Part shown: in pieces, positions 35,501-43,344 of the stretch | Layout of the letters: every line of letters starts with the position of its first letter | How positions within the stretch are numbered: the stretch's first letter is position 1 | IMG/VR virus record: IMGVR_UViG_3300048930_000898 | Reading direction: 5' to 3' (one strand) | DNA: 64,000 nt | DNA from: an uncultured virus (IMG/VR IMGVR_UViG_3300048930_000898) | Lineage: Duplodnaviria; Heunggongvirae; Uroviricota; Caudoviricetes | Program-made: the position numbers and the translations under genes | The notes under the pieces: generated by a model | Database searches by the model: none | What the model was told of the DNA's origin: nothing | The model's input: the letters and a program-made list of their open reading frames with translations, nothing else

Positions 35501-37091
35501 CGCAATTGGTTCAACAGATGTTTATGCTAGATACACTTCTAGTATTAATTCTTTGCCAGGTGAGATTGTATTTGAGGCAACAGACTTCCTTGGTGGTATT
35601 TTTTATGCAACAGCAAATAATGTTGCCTCTGGATTAGCATATACTCCAGCATTGCCTGCTGCGGGCGGCACTACAGTATTTTCTGAAAATAATGAATTAG
35701 GTAATGGACTGGCATATAGTAAATTTGATTTACCAGAAGCTTTTCCACTGGGATATGTTCAACAAATTGGAAATGAAAAATCTCAAACTATTAGAATTAT
35801 TCCGCTTAGAGACAGTTTATTCAATCTTAAAGAAGACGGCGTGTTTAGGGTAGCGGGAGAAGATCCAGAAAGTTTTTCTAATTCTCTTTTTGACAACACT
35901 ATTACACTTGCTGCCCCAGAATCAGTAGCAAAGCTTTCAAATATTATATTTGCTCTTTCTACGGAGGGCGTGGTTGCAATTACCGACTCAAACGCAGAAA
36001 CTGTTTCAAGACCTATTGAAAACTTAATATTAGATATTTTTGAACAAGATACAACTAAAGTTAGAACATTAAGTTTTGCATATGCTTATGAGTCTGAGAA
36101 AAAATATATTCTTTTTACAATTAAACAATTTTCTGATTCATATGCAACTCAAGCTTTTGTTTACAATACATTTACAAACAGTTGGACCACCTGGGAATTA
36201 ACAAGAACCTGTGGAATTGTATTACCTTTTGATGATCTTGCTTATTTAGGTAATCATGATAGCAACACCGTAAAGGTTGAAAGAAAAAGTAGAAACTATA
36301 CTGATTATATCGACGATTCAATTGACGTTTCAATTGAATTTGTAACCGGGGTTTTAACGGCTGGATCTAACCAAATAACTTTAATTTTACCCGACACGAC
36401 GCACCTTTCACTGGGTCAAACGGTATCTGGCACAGGCATCCCTGATGGTGCTAAAATTTCTAATATTAATAATAATTTTACTATAACTTTAAACAAAGCT
36501 GCAACAATCTCCGGTACGGTAGATTTACAATTTGAAAATGGTAGTTTAATTAGGCTTGCAAACACATTATCAACAGCTGCCGGCGATGTTATTTATCAGA
36601 ACGATGGTCGATTTAGTATCATTTTAGAAGTTAATTCTGACAAGAGTACCATCCTTACTAGAAATCCAATTAACAGCTGGACTGCTGGAGATGCAAACGT
36701 CCTTAAGGCTATCGATAGTGAACTTAGGTATGCACCTCAAACATGTGGAAATCCTTCTTCAATAAAACAAGTTACAGAATTTATTGCAATGTTTCAAACT
36801 CCTTTCTTTGACAAAGTTGACATTTCATTTGAAAGTGATATATCTGGAGGAAAAGAAACCGTTGAATTAGAAGGTCAGATTGGCGGGGTACTCTGGGGCC
36901 TATATCCATGGGGCGAGGTGGTTTGGGGTGGAGTTGTTAGAGCAGTTCCACTTAGAACCTATGTACCAAGGGATAAGCAAAGAAACACTCAATTAAATAT
37001 TACAATTTCACATCGAGAGGCTTATGCTTTTTATCGATTATCTGGAATACAGTTATATTTTAACACCGGCAATCAGAGAGTGAGAAGATAA
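32598..37091 (+). CDS. Tail nozzle/hub protein (P22 gp10 / tubular B-like) with inserted repeat domains
   Basis: GL....NP...PDGAL..A.N.V...PRRG N-terminus; AFVYN..T.SWT.W; WG..PWG..WG C-terminus. Confidence 0.7.
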   Translation: MPQSILLKAKGLHTYPNPLSAIPDGALEVAKNLVIDREDTAEPRRGFSEIEYPLGLSSDNRPDQLIVYGDDELIAHYGLGTDPTRLAFFMFEQEFSAVISSGSNVVSDILSTNGYYSSAVVKAVVIETIFSGDQTLGSNTLTNVLTTQGLYVGLQVGGRGIPPGTTITAISGTGPYTVTISNNALFTAVGNTITASNENLINLPTDTRAVVINNNNLVLDQNSSYTSRTLNFDPTDVNTTTDLITIPNHGLLDGQTVQFTSSGTLPAPLATSTLYYIVQSNNDTFRLSTVANGSGINLTSQGTGVHTMTVRDLFTIGGWIDYPGVFEKPEGNIKIRFAEQNNSLFLTTKDGIRKLDNIEGIRLKATVTDGSNIITNVDVLDIHPGELVSGPGIPDGSIVTDLLSDTSFEIDNNVSLPTGVVSASDQLIFVQPRLAGISYALDGEAVLTTDFSGFLPNDRAVQYFIVWGYKDANNRIARGAPSSVLGIVVSNNTGESKNVQIKATIPNDITPAHFYQVYRSGFSANAASIPPSESRLIYEANPTFTDIINGIITFNDNVPEELRTGEILYTSESQEGILLGNFPPPFGTDIASFKNSLFISNIKTKHTLGLTILSVSGNFSILGNTDNSTPFKALTISNPVLNITGDVTSGSPLIANISPTDMGSIAIGMTITGTGIPEGTKVASYDSPSSIRITKNATATNLAVSLSLSITGVSQGQLVFGTPIGSGAKLVDTFNEFIITSNTVNASPMLFNLSTTAGLKEGQPVSAASGIPAGTLIEKVYAGKSISFVENNTDDITDTFTLNGHGLENGNVVTFEGSSLPTGISTGTFYYIISASANTFQISTTFGGSALNFTTTGAGSIVLSPQVRMTDNASASVSGLVVTFGAGFKLDTPSTATTTGATITFKNGTGGIEVNDTLTVAGVTYTAGAYEDYTGVNRQFRVYSHGTPAQNITNTALSLIRVVNRQGSAIGSTDVYARYTSSINSLPGEIVFEATDFLGGIFYATANNVASGLAYTPALPAAGGTTVFSENNELGNGLAYSKFDLPEAFPLGYVQQIGNEKSQTIRIIPLRDSLFNLKEDGVFRVAGEDPESFSNSLFDNTITLAAPESVAKLSNIIFALSTEGVVAITDSNAETVSRPIENLILDIFEQDTTKVRTLSFAYAYESEKKYILFTIKQFSDSYATQAFVYNTFTNSWTTWELTRTCGIVLPFDDLAYLGNHDSNTVKVERKSRNYTDYIDDSIDVSIEFVTGVLTAGSNQITLILPDTTHLSLGQTVSGTGIPDGAKISNINNNFTITLNKAATISGTVDLQFENGSLIRLANTLSTAAGDVIYQNDGRFSIILEVNSDKSTILTRNPINSWTAGDANVLKAIDSELRYAPQTCGNPSSIKQVTEFIAMFQTPFFDKVDISFESDISGGKETVELEGQIGGVLWGLYPWGEVVWGGVVRAVPLRTYVPRDKQRNTQLNITISHREAYAFYRLSGIQLYFNTGNQRVRR

Positions 37092-37092
37092 C

Positions 37093-37341
37093 ATGGATAA
37101 GAGATTTGAAAAACTTGTCACTTATGTAAAAGATGGCAAGAAAAGAACAAAAACTGTAAAATATGGTCAAGCTGGCAAAGCAAAAGATGGCGGAGATAGA
37201 ATTCGACCCGGCACTTCTAAAGGTGACGCATATTGCGCTAGAAGTAACGCAATAAAAGGAAACTGGAGAAGTGATCCTAATAGCCCAAATAATTTATCCC
37301 GTAAAAAATGGCGCTGCCGTGGCGACAAGAGCATGAGGTGA
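37093..37341 (+). CDS. Small basic conserved phage protein (DUF6321-like)
   Basis: YCARS...DPNSPNNLSRKKWRC. Confidence 0.75.
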   Translation: MDKRFEKLVTYVKDGKKRTKTVKYGQAGKAKDGGDRIRPGTSKGDAYCARSNAIKGNWRSDPNSPNNLSRKKWRCRGDKSMR

Positions 37342-37345
37342 TAAT

Positions 37346-37525
37346 ATGAAACCCGGATTATATGCAAACATTCACGCAAAAAGAAAGCGAATAAGGGCAG
37401 GTAGCGGAGAAAAAATGCGAACCCCCGGCACAAAGGGTGCTCCCACTGCAAAAAACTTTAAGGAAGCTCAAAAAACAGCTAAAAAGCCACAAAAATTTAG
37501 TAAATTAAAAGACTATTTAAAATGA
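37346..37525 (+). CDS. Small basic conserved phage protein (59 aa); not in the ORF track
   Basis: MKPGLYANIHAKRKRIRAGSGEKMRTPGTKGAPTAKNFK, a familiar phage peptide; GAGG SD. Confidence 0.8.
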   Translation: MKPGLYANIHAKRKRIRAGSGEKMRTPGTKGAPTAKNFKEAQKTAKKPQKFSKLKDYLK

Positions 37526-38139
37526 AACCTAGGTATATTAAGAGAATTATCAAAGATGACTTTCCGCAGGAGGTCCGCACTTGGATTGATACTCTTTTGT
37601 ACCCATTAAATGCTAGTATTGAGCAAAATAGTCAAATTTTACAAAAAAACATTAGTCTTATTGATAACTTAGCTGCAGAAGTTAGAACTTTACAAATCGT
37701 AGGTAGCAGTTTAATAACAGGAAACAGCACAGAAGGATCAAATATTATAACAGATTCTGTGTATTATCAAGCAGTTATAGATGGTGTAAACTATGGTGTA
37801 CAGCCTGGACAACCTGTTGCTGGATTAGGTCTACCACCAGGCACAACGGTAGTGTCAGTAAGTGGTTCTACTATAACTCTATCGCAAAATAGTAATATTA
37901 CTCAGAAAAATGCCAAATACCAGGCTGGTGGTTTCTTCCCACTCAGGTTATCTTATAATTTATCATTTAGACCAACTAGTGTTTTTGTTAGCAATATTGC
38001 TGATTTACAAGGAAATCCTACTTATATCTCAGAAGGCGTCACTCCGCAATGGAGAATTGAAGGCAGAGATATCGTCATTGACGGAATCAGCGGATTAGAA
38101 GCTGGTCGTTCTTATAATATAACATTTGTCATACTATAA
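37522..38139 (+). CDS. Tail-associated protein
   Basis: Carries the same GQPV.G.G(L/I)P.GT module as the nozzle. Confidence 0.65.
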   Translation: MKPRYIKRIIKDDFPQEVRTWIDTLLYPLNASIEQNSQILQKNISLIDNLAAEVRTLQIVGSSLITGNSTEGSNIITDSVYYQAVIDGVNYGVQPGQPVAGLGLPPGTTVVSVSGSTITLSQNSNITQKNAKYQAGGFFPLRLSYNLSFRPTSVFVSNIADLQGNPTYISEGVTPQWRIEGRDIVIDGISGLEAGRSYNITFVIL

Positions 38140-38156
38140 ACTTTAGTTACTACAAA

Positions 38157-38175
38157 TTAATAAGTAGTATTGTAG
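38157..38175 (+). promoter_or_regulatory. Putative late promoter, copy 8
   Basis: TTAATAAGTAGTATTGTAG. Confidence 0.75.
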
Positions 38176-38199
38176 GGTTAGGTTGTACCCTGGAGTTTT

Positions 38200-40125
38200 G
38201 TGATGATAAAAAATCCTTTTAGATCAGATGATGATCAAACATTTTCTAAATTACAAGAGTACGTAGCTGGTCCTACTACTCAACCTGCTGCACAAACTCA
38301 GCAACCTGTGCAGTATGCGCAAGCTGCAACATTAAATCAACCAGCTGCACAACCAAAGCAAACAACTCCACAACAACAACCTGCAACTCCTGCTGCGATG
38401 CCCGCACCAGTTACACCTGTAGTGCCGCCAGTTGTCACTCCGACACAAGCAGCACAACCTGTTGCACAACAATTTGGACAGCCGCAACAACCACAACCTG
38501 TACAACCTCGTCAAACATTGATGACACAAAACACGGCTGCTCAACGCTATGCTCAGATGTTACAACAAAGTGCACCACAAGCACAAGCTGCATCATCTGG
38601 CATAGCACAAGTTATTCAAGATCCTGTTACTGAAGCAAAAAGAAAATTAGATTTAGCACAAGCTGAATTTAAGCAAAAAGTAGCAGAATCTGGCCTTACA
38701 AGAGACCAAAGTAGAACATCAGATATTATAAATAAAGCTGCAAACTTAAAAGCCGGAGAAACTTTAACTCCAGAAGAATTTGCAGAATTAGAAAGTATCT
38801 CTAACACAAGAAGTGCATTTGGAGAAGGCGTTAGAGATACTGATTTTGCAGCTTTACAAAACTATGTTCAAGCTCTAGGTAAAGCTGATGTTGCAAAACA
38901 GATGGCAGGTTTAACCGATACAGCTGGAAACAGACAAGAATTAATTTCCAAGCTCGTGGGAGACAGTGCTAGATATAATCAGGGGCAATCTCTGTATGAT
39001 GCACTTCTAGCTGGAGGCACTTCTCAGTCTGCACAGCAATTAGCAGATTTAAGACGCGAGCTTTTAACAGAAGACTCACTTGGTAAACTTGCTGAACAGA
39101 GTGAAGCTGGTGCACTTGCCTCTAGAGACTTAGAGCGTCAAGAAATTGAAAGTGCATATCAAGATATACAAGACCTTCTTGATGGAAAAGAAGGATCTGG
39201 TAAACTTGCTGAACTTGAGCAAAATATTAGAGATAGAGTTGTATCTGAAAATCAAAAAGTAGAAGAAACAAACGCACTTATTGACGAAGTAATGCCTAAC
39301 ATCGGAAATACTTTTGGTGATACAGAAAAAGAACGTCGATTAATGGATCTTTTAAATATTGAACCCGGTTCAAAATTAATCAGATACATTGAAGAAGGTT
39401 CAAAAGATCCTGCCACCATCGGTAGATTAAAAGAGCTTAATGAACAAACTGCCACCACTAAGGATGAACTTGCTCGTTTAAATGAACTCTACAGAATTGG
39501 AGCATTAACCGGAAGACAAGGTGATAAAATTGTTGCACAAGATGATGAAACCCTTGGAACTGGACTTGATCAGCAACTAGATATTGATGCCGATAAATTA
39601 AAAAGCGGATTTGATCAAAAACGAAAAGTTGTTCAAGATAAAGTAAATAACCTTGTTGAAAACTATTCACTTACTCCCATAAAAGATTACTCCTTTGGTA
39701 AAGGTCTTACTGCAAAGAATGTTACACAAGACATTTATAATCGTTTAAGAACCGGCAGAGTTGCCGACGGTGATATTAATGAAGCAAATAAAGTCTTATC
39801 AAAAGCTAGAGAATTAGTAAATCAGATTAATAAGACTTATGTTGATAATAATTATAAATTAACATCATTTGATGGTAAAAGAAGACAAGTTCCAAAAATT
39901 AGTATAACACCAACGCAAGCTGAAGTTAATTCTCAACTGCTTGATATTTTTAAGACGACGATGCCTAGGGTAAATGTTATTAGCAAAGACCAAATTAAAG
40001 ATCCAGCGGTTGAATTGCAGAAGTTAAAAAAATCCAATCCTGCGCGATATAATCAACTTCTTAGACACGCAAAAACTGCAGCAGAAGTTAAACGGGCAGC
40101 TGGATTATTTAAGTTATCTATATAA
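38200..40125 (+). CDS. Putative internal virion/ejection protein
   Basis: Q/P/A-rich N-terminus, helical; position. Confidence 0.6.
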   Translation: MMIKNPFRSDDDQTFSKLQEYVAGPTTQPAAQTQQPVQYAQAATLNQPAAQPKQTTPQQQPATPAAMPAPVTPVVPPVVTPTQAAQPVAQQFGQPQQPQPVQPRQTLMTQNTAAQRYAQMLQQSAPQAQAASSGIAQVIQDPVTEAKRKLDLAQAEFKQKVAESGLTRDQSRTSDIINKAANLKAGETLTPEEFAELESISNTRSAFGEGVRDTDFAALQNYVQALGKADVAKQMAGLTDTAGNRQELISKLVGDSARYNQGQSLYDALLAGGTSQSAQQLADLRRELLTEDSLGKLAEQSEAGALASRDLERQEIESAYQDIQDLLDGKEGSGKLAELEQNIRDRVVSENQKVEETNALIDEVMPNIGNTFGDTEKERRLMDLLNIEPGSKLIRYIEEGSKDPATIGRLKELNEQTATTKDELARLNELYRIGALTGRQGDKIVAQDDETLGTGLDQQLDIDADKLKSGFDQKRKVVQDKVNNLVENYSLTPIKDYSFGKGLTAKNVTQDIYNRLRTGRVADGDINEANKVLSKARELVNQINKTYVDNNYKLTSFDGKRRQVPKISITPTQAEVNSQLLDIFKTTMPRVNVISKDQIKDPAVELQKLKKSNPARYNQLLRHAKTAAEVKRAAGLFKLSI

Positions 40126-40133
40126 GATTTTTT

Positions 40134-40526
40134 ATGAAATATATGAATTTATATATAAAAGAGCGATATCCACAGTTTGAAGATTCAAATAAGACTGCTT
40201 TTGAATATTTAACATATTTAAAAAAGAACAATTTTCAGTTTTTAAATGAAAAAGAAGGATTTATCGTATATAAATTCGAAGGCGACGCTTGTATAATTAA
40301 TGATATTTATATCTGTAATGAATATCGTAAAACTAAATCTGCTTGGAAATTGTTTAATAACTTAAGGAACTTGACATTGACAAACAAAAACTGTAAAGTA
40401 TTAATTGGTTTCTCAGAACATAACGGAAATAATCATCAAAGCGGAATTGGAGCAATGACCGCAGCTGGTTTTGTAAAAACTGGTCAAGATGATATTAAAG
40501 ACATCTATATAAGAGGTAACTGGTAA
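40134..40526 (+). CDS. GNAT-fold acetyltransferase-like protein
   Basis: GFIVY...INDIYI..EYRK...AGF; sits before ejection genes as in P22/T7-like phages. Confidence 0.7.
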   Translation: MKYMNLYIKERYPQFEDSNKTAFEYLTYLKKNNFQFLNEKEGFIVYKFEGDACIINDIYICNEYRKTKSAWKLFNNLRNLTLTNKNCKVLIGFSEHNGNNHQSGIGAMTAAGFVKTGQDDIKDIYIRGNW

Positions 40527-41767
40527 TGGGCGGAGTAGTAAGTGGCGTTGGTAAATTAGTAGGCGGCGGTGGCGGCGGAAAACAACGTAGTCAAGCTGAA
40601 CAAGTTCAAGCTGATGCTTTTGATTACATTAATAACATTAGACTCCCTGCACTTGAAGACTTGCAGATTAACCCTAGTGATATTACCTATTATCAGGTAA
40701 CTGGCAAACTAACTCCAGCATTATATGAAGCCGTCCAAATGGATAAAACCCTGCTGGAAGACCTTGAATATAATCCTGATATCATTAAAGATCAGATGGC
40801 TGGTATTCAAGCTAAAAAAGAAAGAATTGCTGAAGGTGGTCTATCAATCGAAGATCGCGCTCGATTAAACGAAGTTCTCCAGGAATCTGGAAGACAAAAT
40901 AAAGCTCAACAGGAGACAATTGCAGCTAGATTACGCGAAAGAGGCGCAGCAGGCGGAGCCGTAGAGGCTATGAAACGTTTGCAAGGACAAAGCCAGGCCG
41001 CTGATACTACTGCTGATAATGCATTTAAAACTGCCGCTCTTGCTGCAACTTCTAAACTTCAAGAAGAAGACAAGCTTCAGGATCTACTTGGAAGACTTGC
41101 CACTCAGGATATTGGAGTTAAAGGAACAAGAGCACAGGCTGAAGCTGAACGTCAAAAGATGAACACTTCTCTTTTAAATCAACAAGCGCTCTCTAATGTA
41201 AATATTCAAAATGCCGCACAAATGGCAAATTTACAAAACCAGCAAAGAGTTTCAGATGCTAACGTTGGTCTTGCAAACCAAGGGATGCTTGCTAATAAAC
41301 AAGCCATTCAACAGAACCTAGCCAATCAGTTTGCTAAAGGAAATGCACTTTCTGGTGCAAGCAAGACTTACAGTGAAAATCTAATGGATCAAGGTGCAAG
41401 ACGCGATGCTGAAAAGGCCGGTAAATGGGATAGCATCGGTGGATTTGTTGATAAAGGAATTGGCCTTGGTACTGCCATTTTCTCAGATGAAAACTTAAAG
41501 ACTGAAATCAATGAAGCCGACAATGAAATTGACGAAATGTTAGAAAAACTTTCTCCTGTATCCTTTAAGTATAAAGATCAAAATGACGGTGAAGGAAAGC
41601 ACACCGGAATCATGGCACAAGACCTTGAAAAGTCAAAAGCTGGTAAAGATTTAGTGGTTGAAACCGAAAAAGGAAAGGCTGTTGATGTCAAGAAAGCTCT
41701 TAGTGCTATTATGGCATCACAAGCTCGTCTTGCAAAGCGTTTGAAAGATATTGAGAAAAAAGGATAA
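40526..41767 (+). CDS. Ejection/pilot-type protein with C-terminal peptidase S74 chaperone domain
   Basis: G-rich start, A/Q-rich helices; FSDENLKTEI...FKYK...GIMAQDLEK. Confidence 0.75.
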   Translation: MGGVVSGVGKLVGGGGGGKQRSQAEQVQADAFDYINNIRLPALEDLQINPSDITYYQVTGKLTPALYEAVQMDKTLLEDLEYNPDIIKDQMAGIQAKKERIAEGGLSIEDRARLNEVLQESGRQNKAQQETIAARLRERGAAGGAVEAMKRLQGQSQAADTTADNAFKTAALAATSKLQEEDKLQDLLGRLATQDIGVKGTRAQAEAERQKMNTSLLNQQALSNVNIQNAAQMANLQNQQRVSDANVGLANQGMLANKQAIQQNLANQFAKGNALSGASKTYSENLMDQGARRDAEKAGKWDSIGGFVDKGIGLGTAIFSDENLKTEINEADNEIDEMLEKLSPVSFKYKDQNDGEGKHTGIMAQDLEKSKAGKDLVVETEKGKAVDVKKALSAIMASQARLAKRLKDIEKKG

Positions 41768-41772
41768 AAACA

Positions 41773-43344
41773 ATGGACGATTCTTTTAGAAAAAACCTAA
41801 CAGGTGGTATTAATCCTTTTGCTGATGATTCTCTTAGCTTTGATGAGCAACTAAGAAGAAAAGCTCAACAATTAGGTATTGAACCATCTGACAGCATGGT
41901 TTCTGAAGTTATTGAAGAAAAAGCTAAAGAACAGTTCCCTGGTGAAGAAGCTCCAGTTGAACCTCAGCCAATAAAGCAGATGGCAGATCAGCAGCCTGAT
42001 GAACAGGATTTATTGCAAAAACAAGAGCAAGCTTTAAAAGAATCAACTCCGGAAGATAAGCAGCCTGTTTCTGAAGTTGCTGCCCCTCAGGATGACGTTA
42101 GTCTTAAAACCGATCCTATTGCTTATCTTAGAAATAAATACGGTCTTGCTGCTCCCACCCAAGTAGAAGAAATGAAAAAAGATACAGATTATTCTACTCT
42201 AAAAGACACACAAAGACGCGGTAGTATATTAAATGCTTTGTCTGAGTTTGATAAAAGCGCCGGTCAACTTGGATCGAGTGCACTTCTTGAAGGTAGAAAA
42301 GCCGGATATACCGGATCTTATACTGGTGGAGCTTTAAAATCTGTAGCAGATAGAGAAGCTAAAGATCTAGAAGAACGTAAAAAGTTTAGAGATGAAGATC
42401 TTAAAAATATTCAAACGGGTTTAACTGTAGAATCTGCTGCCGATACGTTTAAAAATAAACTTATAGAGGCAGAAAAAAAATTAGAAGACGAAAAAGAATT
42501 AGCAAAGATGGAAGGTCCTCTTTACGAAATGACCAAAGATTTATATAAGACAGCCTTTGGTAAAGATCTTCCAGAGGGCATTAGTCCTAAAGTTCTTTTT
42601 AAAGTTCAGCCTGAATTCAAGGATGTTATTAAACAAAGAATGGTAAATGAGGCCACTGCTGAACAAAGTCGTCTTAATAGAGAAAATCAATTAGAATTAA
42701 AAGAGATGGAAGTCGGCAAGAAAGATCAGACTGCTCAAGATAAAGCCACCTTAGAGATGGGTAAAGAACAGTTAAAACAACTAAAAGAAATTAGACAAGG
42801 CGAACTTTCAACTGATAATCAACTAACTCAGTTAAACGACACTATTAATCAATATGTTGATTATGTACAAAAATCTAAATTCGGTGGAACTGGTCCTATT
42901 GCAAACATGCTTGGATTAAAATCAGTAGTCGACACTCCTACTCAAAAAATTAAACAAAGGTTTAATCAGATTGCTTTAGATAAACTAGTTCAACAGTTCT
43001 CTGGCATGTCAAAAGCGATTGATAGTAACGCTGAGCGTGCGTTTTTTGAATCAACACAGCCGGGAACCGATAAAGACGAAGATGTAAATTTTCAAGTATT
43101 ATTTGGTATGAAATCGGTAATGTTGAAAGATAAAGCCGAAAAAGAAGCCCAAAGGCGATGGATACAAAGCGGAAAAGATATGGTGGACTACGAGAGTCCA
43201 ATCGTAGGAAAAACTGCTACTGTTGTAGATACTACAGGAAAAATGCATATTATTCCTAAAGGTCAACTTCCTGATGCTTTGAAAAATGGCTATACAACGG
43301 TAGATGGATACGTAGACAGGGTAGTTAAAAAGAAGAGGTTATAA
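41773..43344 (+). CDS. Putative internal virion/ejection protein
   Basis: Helical, charged; position. Confidence 0.6.
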   Translation: MDDSFRKNLTGGINPFADDSLSFDEQLRRKAQQLGIEPSDSMVSEVIEEKAKEQFPGEEAPVEPQPIKQMADQQPDEQDLLQKQEQALKESTPEDKQPVSEVAAPQDDVSLKTDPIAYLRNKYGLAAPTQVEEMKKDTDYSTLKDTQRRGSILNALSEFDKSAGQLGSSALLEGRKAGYTGSYTGGALKSVADREAKDLEERKKFRDEDLKNIQTGLTVESAADTFKNKLIEAEKKLEDEKELAKMEGPLYEMTKDLYKTAFGKDLPEGISPKVLFKVQPEFKDVIKQRMVNEATAEQSRLNRENQLELKEMEVGKKDQTAQDKATLEMGKEQLKQLKEIRQGELSTDNQLTQLNDTINQYVDYVQKSKFGGTGPIANMLGLKSVVDTPTQKIKQRFNQIALDKLVQQFSGMSKAIDSNAERAFFESTQPGTDKDEDVNFQVLFGMKSVMLKDKAEKEAQRRWIQSGKDMVDYESPIVGKTATVVDTTGKMHIIPKGQLPDALKNGYTTVDGYVDRVVKKKRL

